IMG/VR virus record: IMGVR_UViG_3300036803_000043
Span: 1-44,577 of that record
Length of the DNA stretch: 44,577 nt
Strand: one strand, 5' to 3'
From: a virus
Taxonomy: Duplodnaviria; Caudoviricetes
The notes beneath the pieces are model-generated. The model made no database searches. It was not told the origin of the DNA and saw only the letters and a program-made list of their open reading frames with translations. Shown piece by piece: positions 16,168 to 23,643 of the stretch. Both the position numbers and the translations under genes were made by a program. Positions within the stretch are counted from its first letter, which is position 1, and each line of letters begins with the position of its first letter.

Positions 16168-17735
16168 ACGCCGGGCTGATTGCGGTATGGCGTCGCGCCC
16201 ACGCGGTGCCCTGGTACCTGCTCGCCGTGGTGGTTCGGGCGCCGTTGTCGAGCTCGATCGCCGTCCTGATCATCTGGGCGTTGCTAGGTGCTGCCCCCGT
16301 CGTCGCCGTGTTCTGGGCGCTGATGATCTTGGCACTAGGGGGTGACATGCGAACGCGCATGTCAAGCATAGTCACCACCGCCAAATCTGCCTACCTACGC
16401 ACCAAGATCCGACTGACGTGGGCCGGTACTATGCACCGCGCCAAGCTGTTCGAGACGGTGCAGATCGAGGACGCGCTACACAGCCCGAGAACTCACCCGG
16501 GCGGTCGCAAGGTGCCCAGGCTCAAGCGGTGGGGACGCGACCGCGTCCGCTTCACACCGGCAGGTCTCGCGCTCACCGTGGACGGCAGCAACATCGGGGC
16601 CGGCGCCAGTGCGTTCGAGGGTGATCAGGCCACGGTGCTCAAGGCTCGCTGGCGCGCGCTGGATCTGATCGTGGGTCCGGCGCCCGGGCGTCCCTACCTC
16701 ACGGAGCTCCGTGTCATCAAAACTGACCCTTTCGCCGCGGTCATTCGTCCCTCCCAACTTCCTCCTGCCCCCCTACCCCCCACCGGCTTGTGCACCATCG
16801 GCAAAGACTCTGACGGCAACTGGGTAACTAAAGATGCCCGAATGCCCAACCTGATGGCCGGGGCACCGGGCGCCGGTAAGTCCTCGGAGTGCTGGGCGCT
16901 GCTGCACGAGCTGTGCCGGCAGAAGTTGCCGTTTCGGGTGCGCGTCTATGACCCGAAAGGCGGGCAAGAGTTTTTCAACCTCGATGGGCTGGCATACCGC
17001 TATGAGGCAGACCCTACGCAGTGGTGCCGCTTCCTAGAGGAGGCCATCGCCGCCATGGCTGCGCAGCAACACAGTCTCAAGTCTGCGGGCAAGCGCAAGT
17101 GGGTGCCCGGCAATGAGCAATGGCCGCTGGACGTGATGGTCATTGACGAACTGGTGACGGTTATCGCCATGATGGCCGGCGCCAAGAACGTAGTGAAGAT
17201 CAACGGTAAGGATGTTCCTGCGCTCAAGGCTTTCTTGGTCTTTCTGTCCCAGTGTCGAGCAGCGGGTTTCAGTGTCGTTGCTTGCACCCAGCTCACCCAG
17301 AAAGAGGCCATCGGGCTGATTAGGGATCTGTTCGCCTACGTGACCTGCCTACGTGTCGGCAGCGATGAGATGGTCAAGACCATCCTCGGCAACTCCAAGA
17401 CCTACCCGGCACACGAGATCCCAGTGGGTGATGCATTCGCCGGCATCGGATACATGGCTGACCCGGCTAGTGGTCGACCGATCAAGTACCGGTCGTTCTA
17501 TCTAGAAGACTCCGAGCGTGACCGGGTAGCCGGCGAGATCGCAGTGTGGTCAGCGATGTACCGCGACGCGGTCAAACACGACAAGGGCACTCCGATAACG
17601 CTTGATCTCGGGGATGACGACATAGACGTGACCGAGATCGAGCAGGCCGCGCTAGATGAGCTCGTGCACGTGTGTGTCGAGTGTCAAAAAGAGTTTGACG
17701 CTCACTCAGGAGAATTGGTAGGTGCATCCGCATGA
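16164..17735 (+). CDS. FtsK/SpoIIIE-family DNA translocase, TraB-like
   Basis: N-terminal TM segments; IGKDSDG; Walker A GAPGAGKS; DPKGG; Walker B VMVIDE; RAAG...CTQ; IRDLF..CLRV; GIGY. Confidence 0.88.
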   Translation: MNAGLIAVWRRAHAVPWYLLAVVVRAPLSSSIAVLIIWALLGAAPVVAVFWALMILALGGDMRTRMSSIVTTAKSAYLRTKIRLTWAGTMHRAKLFETVQIEDALHSPRTHPGGRKVPRLKRWGRDRVRFTPAGLALTVDGSNIGAGASAFEGDQATVLKARWRALDLIVGPAPGRPYLTELRVIKTDPFAAVIRPSQLPPAPLPPTGLCTIGKDSDGNWVTKDARMPNLMAGAPGAGKSSECWALLHELCRQKLPFRVRVYDPKGGQEFFNLDGLAYRYEADPTQWCRFLEEAIAAMAAQQHSLKSAGKRKWVPGNEQWPLDVMVIDELVTVIAMMAGAKNVVKINGKDVPALKAFLVFLSQCRAAGFSVVACTQLTQKEAIGLIRDLFAYVTCLRVGSDEMVKTILGNSKTYPAHEIPVGDAFAGIGYMADPASGRPIKYRSFYLEDSERDRVAGEIAVWSAMYRDAVKHDKGTPITLDLGDDDIDVTEIEQAALDELVHVCVECQKEFDAHSGELVGASA

Positions 17736-17923
17736 CGTACTCACAGAAGCACTTTCACTGGTTCGATGCCATCGCGTCATCAGACGATTTGGATCAAGCT
17801 GCAGAAGGATACCGCCAGAAGTACAGCGAGGGATTCTGGTCTCAGCAAGATCAGGCTCGCTGGCGCCAGAGCGCAGCATGGTGCGCTTCGCTGGCTGATC
17901 GAAAGCGTCGGGGGCAGTCATGA
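17732..17923 (+). CDS. 63-aa hypothetical protein
   Basis: ATGA coupling to the FtsK-like gene. Confidence 0.6.
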   Translation: MTYSQKHFHWFDAIASSDDLDQAAEGYRQKYSEGFWSQQDQARWRQSAAWCASLADRKRRGQS

Positions 17924-18099
17924 GCTGGTGTCAGTGCCCTAATTGCCACGAGCAGACCGCATTTAACGCGCCTAGCGGCAAGCGGTGCATCCCCTGCGGC
18001 TATGGCTTAAACCAGCGCGATCAGTGGCGCACGCCCGAGGAATCACGCAGAGCTGCCAAGATTCTTAGCGGAGAAGATCGTAAGAGGTGGGAATCGTGA
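17920..18099 (+). CDS. 59-aa Zn-ribbon microprotein
   Basis: Read manually: MSWCQCPNC...RCIPCGY...KRWES. Confidence 0.6.
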   Translation: MSWCQCPNCHEQTAFNAPSGKRCIPCGYGLNQRDQWRTPEESRRAAKILSGEDRKRWES

Positions 18100-18302
18100 T
18101 CACGGCCGTGGCGCATCACGTGCCCGACATTCGTATGCGCGACCTCGATTACGTTCCCGAGGGCGTCTGCGAGATGGCCGGGTTCACCCGCCACTACTGC
18201 CACAACGCGGCGCGCTGCGAGCTTATAGCGGACGGCGTGCCCTACCTGAGTTGCGACGTATGCCGACGAGAGTTAGGAGTGACAGATGATTCACAGATCT
18301 AG
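18096..18302 (+). CDS. Cys-rich microprotein
   Basis: CE...C...C...CDVC; GTGA coupling. Confidence 0.55.
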   Translation: MITAVAHHVPDIRMRDLDYVPEGVCEMAGFTRHYCHNAARCELIADGVPYLSCDVCRRELGVTDDSQI

Positions 18303-18453
18303 GCCAGGAACTGACGGCAATCCCAGGGGGACGGCCATCTGCGGCGCTGCGTTAGGGGAGTCACCTAAGTGGCGCAAAGACTGCATCCCGAACTGCGGTG
18401 CATGCAACGCCAAGGCCGGCAAACCGTGGGTGCCCGAGAGAGACAACAAATGA
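18286..18453 (+). CDS. 55-aa H-C-CxxC Zn-finger microprotein
   Basis: Read manually: MIHRSRPG...AICG...NCGAC; AGGAG RBS. Confidence 0.6.
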   Translation: MIHRSRPGTDGNPRGTAICGAALGESPKWRKDCIPNCGACNAKAGKPWVPERDNK

Positions 18454-19070
18454 CTAGGCGGCGCACGCGCTGGCGCCGGCCAGGTGCGCTCTATGAATTC
18501 TGGGGTTATGACCCGAGGGCACTGCTACGCGGGGTCATTCGGATCATTTGTCTGTACGTAGGGCAGACCCGCCAGAAGCCGGAAACGCGGCGCCGCCAGC
18601 ACCTCTACGGGTCACCCAACGGTGAGCCGGCCAAGGTATGGGCTCCGCTGATTACCGACTGGCGAGTGAGCTACCGACGTACCCGGGTGACCAGCAACTG
18701 GCTTGATATCCGGGAGGCCGGCCGAGTCCTCAAGCTGGCGCCGGCCGCCAACATCAAACTGAACATGGCCAACCCTAAGCGGATACCGCCATGGGAGATG
18801 AAAGCCCTCATGTCACAAATTGCCGCAGCTGGTGGTGTCGCGGCGTTGGTGGCAGCTGCCGACTGGCGCGGCCGGGCTACTGCGGGATGGCGCTACAGCG
18901 AGGACGGGTCCACCGTCACGTGGTATGGAAACCAGGCAGAAAGGATCGGGGGATCATGGCTACAACAGTCAACTGGCTACTTATCTTCCTCGGAATTGGT
19001 ATCGGCATCGTTGTCGGCATCGCCTTCGAGAAGTTCCGCATATGGCAGCACCGGACGCGAGCCGGACTAA
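18450..19070 (+). CDS. GIY-YIG-like nuclease family protein
   Basis: GALY...LYVGQT...RRRQH...RE...P..N..LN pattern. Confidence 0.65.
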   Translation: MTRRRTRWRRPGALYEFWGYDPRALLRGVIRIICLYVGQTRQKPETRRRQHLYGSPNGEPAKVWAPLITDWRVSYRRTRVTSNWLDIREAGRVLKLAPAANIKLNMANPKRIPPWEMKALMSQIAAAGGVAALVAAADWRGRATAGWRYSEDGSTVTWYGNQAERIGGSWLQQSTGYLSSSELVSASLSASPSRSSAYGSTGREPD

Positions 19071-19165
19071 GGCTGGCCATGCCCGCGATCAAGATGGCCG
19101 CCGTGGGCATCGGGGTAATGCTCGGCCTTATGGGTTTCGGATTGCTGTGGCTAGGGGTGATCTGA
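18956..19165 (+). CDS. 69-aa two-TM membrane protein
   Basis: WLLIFLGIGIGIVVGIAF and AAVGIGVMLGLMGFGLLWLGV; overlaps the GIY-YIG gene tail. Confidence 0.65.
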   Translation: MATTVNWLLIFLGIGIGIVVGIAFEKFRIWQHRTRAGLRLAMPAIKMAAVGIGVMLGLMGFGLLWLGVI

Positions 19166-19336
19166 ATGCAGCACGTAGTACCTAGACCCGGCAGCGGCCA
19201 TCCGCCGCTCACCACCTCATGCGGAATAACTGGCTGGCGCGGTGCTGGTCGGTGGGAACCGTTGTGCCCAACGTGTGCCAATAACCACGGACTTAGACCA
19301 GGAAGTAGGAGTGATCCCAGTGAGCGTGCAAAGTGA
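19166..19336 (+). CDS. 56-aa H-C-CxxC Zn-finger microprotein
   Basis: Read manually: MQHVVPRPG...TSCG...LCPTC. Confidence 0.55.
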   Translation: MQHVVPRPGSGHPPLTTSCGITGWRGAGRWEPLCPTCANNHGLRPGSRSDPSERAK

Positions 19337-19796
19337 TCAGGCTGATATCGAGGCGTTCATGCGTGCGGCAGGCGTCGCCGCGGTGGCCAGCGCGCTGCGC
19401 TCGCACGGTGGCGAGCTCGTGCCGGCGCAGCAACCCGGGTACTTCGAGGGCCATGACCCGAGTCGGTACGTGGTCGACAACGTTGGCCGCAGGGCCTCAG
19501 CGCCGCGCTACGCCACGGTGCACCCGGTCACACGGCCGCAGGGCAGCGAGCCCGCCAGGCGCCGTTACAGCCTCGGGAGGCCGGCAATTCTGCTGGGTGG
19601 CCTAGTGGTCGCTGTGCTGCTCGGCTGGTGGGTGGTGTCGGTGGTGCTGGCGCTGGCCACCGCGGCGGCTACGGCGGTCTCCACAGTGCTGCCTCTCCTG
19701 GCCGTGGTCGGCATCGTGATCCTGCTGTCCTCGCTGTGCGGTGGCCGAGGGGGCGGTAGATCGGTATCTGGGACGTGGCAGGGACGGATTCATTGA
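19320..19796 (+). CDS. Spd-like membrane protein
   Basis: Disordered N-terminus and a long hydrophobic C-terminal half; AGGAG RBS. Confidence 0.65.
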   Translation: MSVQSDQADIEAFMRAAGVAAVASALRSHGGELVPAQQPGYFEGHDPSRYVVDNVGRRASAPRYATVHPVTRPQGSEPARRRYSLGRPAILLGGLVVAVLLGWWVVSVVLALATAAATAVSTVLPLLAVVGIVILLSSLCGGRGGGRSVSGTWQGRIH

Positions 19797-19972
19797 TGGC
19801 CAAGAGCTGGGACCACGAGGGAAAACGGCCGCAGATGAAACGGTGGCGGCGCCGCAATCCGCTGGCCGATGGCAAGGCGCACTGCTGCGGCTGCGGTCAT
19901 GCCGGTGCTGGTGGCGGCGCGCACGGCGTGCACCAGCACGAGGCTGACAGTCCCAGGATCGAGGGCAAGTGA
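19796..19972 (+). CDS. His/Cys-rich microprotein
   Basis: HCCGCGH...H..HQH; TGATG coupling. Confidence 0.5.
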   Translation: MAKSWDHEGKRPQMKRWRRRNPLADGKAHCCGCGHAGAGGGAHGVHQHEADSPRIEGK

Positions 19973-20139
19973 GGCACGAGGAGAAGCCGGGAGGCCAGAC
20001 GCCTAAAGACTGGCCTACCTGCAGGTACCAGTTCCGTCCTGACTCACTGGGCACAAGTCTCAGGTACGCCAACAATGCGATATGCCTCGGGCTAGCGACT
20101 AGTAACGACTGCCGGTGCCGGCACAACGTGAGGCGATGA
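19969..20139 (+). CDS. 56-aa Cys microprotein
   Basis: Read manually; GTGA coupling; C...C...CRCRH. Confidence 0.45.
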   Translation: MRHEEKPGGQTPKDWPTCRYQFRPDSLGTSLRYANNAICLGLATSNDCRCRHNVRR

Positions 20140-20140
20140 C

Positions 20141-20410
20141 ATGGGAATTGACGCGTGGACCCGGCACCCGTACGAACGCAAGATGGCTGAGCGGTCCAAG
20201 AACGTGCCTAAGAAGTCGGTAGGCGACAAACTGAAAGACGCTGCTAGAGATTTCAGGGACGGCACCAAGCGGTGCGGTTGCGGTTGCGGGAAGACCGGCA
20301 CAGCATTCCGTGGGGGCAAGCTATACCACCCGAGCTGCGTCGGATCGAAGTGGAATAAGGCCGGCCTGCCGCAGGATCGCACGCCGCCACAAGGCAGACG
20401 GTGGAGCTAG
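20141..20410 (+). CDS. Basic Cys/His protein
   Basis: RCGCGCG...YHPSC. Confidence 0.6.
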   Translation: MGIDAWTRHPYERKMAERSKNVPKKSVGDKLKDAARDFRDGTKRCGCGCGKTGTAFRGGKLYHPSCVGSKWNKAGLPQDRTPPQGRRWS

Positions 20411-20598
20411 AGCCAGCGGTTCAGTAGGGCTAGCAACATCTCGGCTTCGACTATCGCCAGGGTGATAACGCACGATCCCGTGACGTGCGGATCGAGCTGG
20501 ACCCCGCCAGGCACGAGGCGAACCCGCAGGTTGGTAAATCCCGGCGTGCCGTGCTGGTCGCAGGTGGCTGACAACGTGGCATCGTTGCTCTGTGTCAT
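20407..20598 (-). CDS. 63-aa hypothetical protein
   Basis: C..HG..GFTNLRV...LDPHVTGSCVI...WL; own upstream region with AAGGGG RBS and the palindrome. Confidence 0.65.
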   Translation of the reverse strand: MTQSNDATLSATCDQHGTPGFTNLRVRLVPGGVQLDPHVTGSCVITLAIVEAEMLLALLNRWL

Positions 20599-20715
20599 CG
20601 TGGGTGACCCCTTAGTAGTGCTAAGCACAGTGCATCTGCACACGACGTTACAGACCGAAACGCTGCACTACTAGTGTCATCCAGCCGGGGGACACCTAAA
20701 CGGCCCATGAACGGC

Positions 20716-20760
20716 AAACAAAAAAGAGCAGGGTCTCAGGTTTTCCCGAGACCCTGCTCT
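20716..20760 (-). terminator. Intrinsic terminator ending the late (structural/lysis) operon
   Basis: AGAGCAGGGTCTC / GAGACCCTGCTCT stem followed on the minus strand by TTTTTGTTT. Confidence 0.85.
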
Positions 20761-20777
20761 CCCGCTGCCCCAACGGG

Positions 20778-21374
20778 TCAATGCGTGACCGGCACCGACT
20801 TGTCTGACCCCTGCACCACGGGTGCAGGAGCTGGCGGGTTAATCACCGTGGTTCCGCCAGCCGGGGGAGCGGGCGTCACGCACAGCCGGCCGACGTCGAC
20901 CTTGAGGCGAGCCAGCGTCCCCGCAGTGCTGCCCTCCTCACGCTGCGCCTCGGCCAGCCGGGTAGCCGTGCCGCCAGCGGTGTAGGCGTCATCAGCTGCC
21001 TTGACCTTGGCGTCCCGCTCGGCCTTAGCTGCGTCATCAGCACGCTGGTCAGCTTGGACCTGTGTCTCCGTACCCTCGGGAGTCCCGTGGTAGGGCTGGC
21101 CGGCTTTGTATGCCGACTGGGCAGACACAGCTGCTGAATTGTTGGTGTCCCGAGCGTCGGCATCAGCCTTCTCGGCATTGCGCAGATCCGTGGATTTGTT
21201 CGTGTCCAAGATCTGAGCTGTGATCAGGGCCTGCAGCAGATCGGGGCAGTCTGCAGACGCTGCCGGCGTGCTGGCGGTCGCCACGCCGGCAGTCAGGGCC
21301 AGCGCGGACATCCCAGCCAGGCCAGCAATGACACCGCCCCAGGTGGTGCCACTCCGTGCGGTATGCCTTCCCAT
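20778..21374 (-). CDS. Secreted coiled-coil protein
   Basis: GAAAGGA RBS; MGRH...signal peptide ending VATA; two Cys bracketing an Ala-rich helix; Pro-rich tail. Confidence 0.7.
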   Translation of the reverse strand: MGRHTARSGTTWGGVIAGLAGMSALALTAGVATASTPAASADCPDLLQALITAQILDTNKSTDLRNAEKADADARDTNNSAAVSAQSAYKAGQPYHGTPEGTETQVQADQRADDAAKAERDAKVKAADDAYTAGGTATRLAEAQREEGSTAGTLARLKVDVGRLCVTPAPPAGGTTVINPPAPAPVVQGSDKSVPVTH

Positions 21375-21391
21375 CGGGTTCCTTTCGTTGG

Positions 21392-21589
21392 CTACGCTCG
21401 GTAAGACGTCCTGGCCAGAGTGCGGTTGCCCCGACGCGCGCCTGACGTCCCGAGGAGCGCAGCAATAACTATCGGCAGCACCAGCGCACTCGGGACATAC
21501 CCATTGATAGCCTGGCTCATGAGCAGCCCACCAGCGGCCATCAATGCCGGCACCAAGTAACCCCACAGAATTTTCTCTAGCGCGATCAT
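21392..21589 (-). CDS. 65-aa two-TM membrane protein
   Basis: MIALEKILWGYLVPALMAAGG...; ATGA overlap with the holin; basic tail. Confidence 0.6.
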   Translation of the reverse strand: MIALEKILWGYLVPALMAAGGLLMSQAINGYVPSALVLPIVIAALLGTSGARRGNRTLARTSYRA

Positions 21590-21879
21590 GCCTGATGTGT
21601 CGCTGTGTGGTCCTCGGACGTTACTAGCGGGTTGGGCATGATGTCGGTGTGGCCGGGCGTAACGTTCGGCACCAGCGCCTCGGCTGGACGCATTGCCGCC
21701 ATCTTGAGCAGCGGGGGCATGTTCGGCACAAAATAGACCAGCAGCGGACTGATGAGCGCAGCAGCAATGATCTGCCAGTCTCCCGGGGTCAGCGGCCACG
21801 TGCCATTGGCAAGCGTTGTGTTCAGGATGACCAAAGCGGCTGAAATCGCTGCCACCACAGCCTTGAGTGCCCCGTTCAC
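21586..21879 (-). CDS. Holin
   Basis: Two TM segments, KAVVAA...W...VYFVPN motif; directly after the endolysin. Confidence 0.75.
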   Translation of the reverse strand: MNGALKAVVAAISAALVILNTTLANGTWPLTPGDWQIIAAALISPLLVYFVPNMPPLLKMAAMRPAEALVPNVTPGHTDIMPNPLVTSEDHTATHQA

Positions 21880-22529
21880 TTGACACCCAGATGCGCGATG
21901 ATCTGAGCTAGCGCGGCTGCGTGAACTTGCTGCTCAGCGTGAATAGACCGGATGTAGTCGACCAGCGTCTTAGGCTTGGTAGTGGTGTCCGGGTGCGCCG
22001 GCCAGCCGGGGTACTCCCCGAGATGAGTAGAGCCGGCCATCTGCATACGCACATCGAATAGTGCGTCACGCTCATCAGTTTGCATGTCTTCTCCTAATCC
22101 CAGCATAGGCAGCGCCCACGGCCGGGGGTCATCGCTGATGGGGTTGGCCATCACGGACAGGTGCAAGTGGTTAGTGTGCGGATCGGAGCCGGTATACGGA
22201 ACCCACTTCCACGGGCTGAACTGTGGCCTACTGTCAAGAATCCACCGGTTAGCAATGATGTACTTAATCCGGGGGTCTCGGCTGGCGGCCAGTTCGTCTG
22301 ACATCCGAGCGATGTCGACTCCGTTTGCCGGGTCATGGGTGAAGTCCCGAGCAGTAACGATACCGCCGTTAGGAGGTGGGTACCATGGGTTGTGGTCGCT
22401 CGCCGTCCACCCCTCGGCCAGGTGATTGGTGTCCCCGATGCCGCCATCACTCGCCTTATTGCGCCTCGGGAATGACTTGTCTAGTTGCGCAAGCAGAATC
22501 TGCAGACTTGTGGCCACGCGCCAGGCCAT
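21876..22529 (-). CDS. Endolysin, M15/LAS-type Zn peptidase-like
   Basis: SDGGIGD..H...SDHNP...ARDF...KYII...HTNHLHLSV. Confidence 0.82.
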   Translation of the reverse strand: MAWRVATSLQILLAQLDKSFPRRNKASDGGIGDTNHLAEGWTASDHNPWYPPPNGGIVTARDFTHDPANGVDIARMSDELAASRDPRIKYIIANRWILDSRPQFSPWKWVPYTGSDPHTNHLHLSVMANPISDDPRPWALPMLGLGEDMQTDERDALFDVRMQMAGSTHLGEYPGWPAHPDTTTKPKTLVDYIRSIHAEQQVHAAALAQIIAHLGVK

Positions 22530-22545
22530 ATGACTCCCCTTTCAC

Positions 22546-22586
22546 ACGCTAAAGGGGCCACCCGCGTCGAGTAGCCCCTTTAGCGT
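22546..22586 (-). terminator. Stem-loop upstream of the endolysin
   Basis: ACGCTAAAGGGGC / GCCCCTTTAGCGT 13-bp inverted repeat. Confidence 0.7.
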
Positions 22587-22593
22587 TTAGTGA

Positions 22594-22851
22594 TTAGCTA
22601 GCCGGGGGCGTCGGGATGTTGGACGCCATGGCGTGCGCCTGGTCGGCAAGTGGCTTGAGCCGGTCAGCAGCGGACTGGTCACCAGCGGCCAGGGCCTGCT
22701 GAATACTGATGATCTCATTGCCAAGGTTGGTCAAGTCGGAACCGAGCTGCGTCAATTCGTCATCAAAAGCAGACATGTACTTCTCCAATTCGGCTACTCT
22801 GTGATGTAGGCTCGCAATCGAGATTGACTGCAGCCATTCTGTCAGTGACAT
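22594..22851 (-). CDS. Small coiled-coil protein
   Basis: 85 aa with a heptad pattern. Confidence 0.6.
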   Translation of the reverse strand: MSLTEWLQSISIASLHHRVAELEKYMSAFDDELTQLGSDLTNLGNEIISIQQALAAGDQSAADRLKPLADQAHAMASNIPTPPAS

Positions 22852-22853
22852 GG

Positions 22854-23240
22854 TTACCTAGCCTCACCCTCCCCTGCCTCGGGTCGGTGTCGCCCAGGCA
22901 TCCTATCAGCCAGCTGGGCTATCTGCGACTGTGCTACGGCCAGGTCGTACCGCAGTCGGTTGATCTCCCTAGTTGCCGTATCCATCGACGCAGCATGGTC
23001 TATCCGCATTGTATCTAGCTGGTCATTAAGATCGGATACTTGCTTGCGTAGCGATAGCTCGCTGTGCTGCAGAGTCACGATGTATCCCGTCTGAGCTGTG
23101 ACGGTATCGGCATCGGCCTTAGCGTCTAGCGCGTGTGTCTCGCTCCGACGTCTGACCAGCGTTAGAATGAAGTTAAGCGTGCCACCTCCGAGGATGACAC
23201 CGAGGACCTGCAGGATTAACCGGAATATGTCGTCACTCAT
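22854..23240 (-). CDS. Single-TM coiled-coil protein (lysis-region membrane protein)
   Basis: LILQVLGVILGGGTLNFIL followed by a coiled coil; start chosen at ATG 23240. Confidence 0.7.
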   Translation of the reverse strand: MSDDIFRLILQVLGVILGGGTLNFILTLVRRRSETHALDAKADADTVTAQTGYIVTLQHSELSLRKQVSDLNDQLDTMRIDHAASMDTATREINRLRYDLAVAQSQIAQLADRMPGRHRPEAGEGEAR

Positions 23241-23643
23241 TAGCTGCCACGTTAGCCAACTTCGATAGCGTTCTAGCGCGCAAACCGAGTCCCAACGCGA
23301 TGGCGGCAAACCCAGTGCCGGCTATTGCCCCTTGTAGCCCGAGGCCGAACACCACGCCTACCGCGTAAATTACTGCCCCGGCCAACATGAGCACCATGCC
23401 CGAGGTCTCTAGAAGCGACTTCCCTCGGAGGATGCCCGTCATGGTGAGCACGCCACCGACCAGCAGCAACGCACCCATGACATGTGCCATAAACCCAGCA
23501 CCGATATTAGATAGCCCTTTACTCAGCCCATCACCGAGGACCGTGGCCAGCGCGCCAGGTATTGGCAGTAGCGCCCCGAGGGCAAGAGTAAAGCTGCGTT
23601 GTGCCACAGCTGCACGCAGCCTAGACATCCATGTGATGGTCAT
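23233..23643 (-). CDS. Four-TM membrane protein
   Basis: Hydrophobicity pattern. Confidence 0.75.
   Translation of the reverse strand: MTITWMSRLRAAVAQRSFTLALGALLPIPGALATVLGDGLSKGLSNIGAGFMAHVMGALLLVGGVLTMTGILRGKSLLETSGMVLMLAGAVIYAVGVVFGLGLQGAIAGTGFAAIALGLGLRARTLSKLANVAANE

Larger units (their letters stand above)
14718..20633 (+). mobile_element. Plasmid/AICE-like transfer-spread module embedded in the phage
   Basis: HTH regulator + DUF2637-like + FtsK/TraB-like + GIY-YIG-like + Spd-like membrane proteins; flanked by a 15/16 direct repeat. Confidence 0.6.

Noticed and set aside
16164-17735. FtsK-like ATPase as a packaging motor or type VII secretion EccC
   Set aside because: TerL and portal are present; there is a single ATPase domain and no WXG100 or other Ecc genes
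20778-21566. 262-aa ORF as given in the track
   Set aside because: A better start with RBS exists at 21374, and the upstream part overlaps a coupled 65-aa membrane ORF
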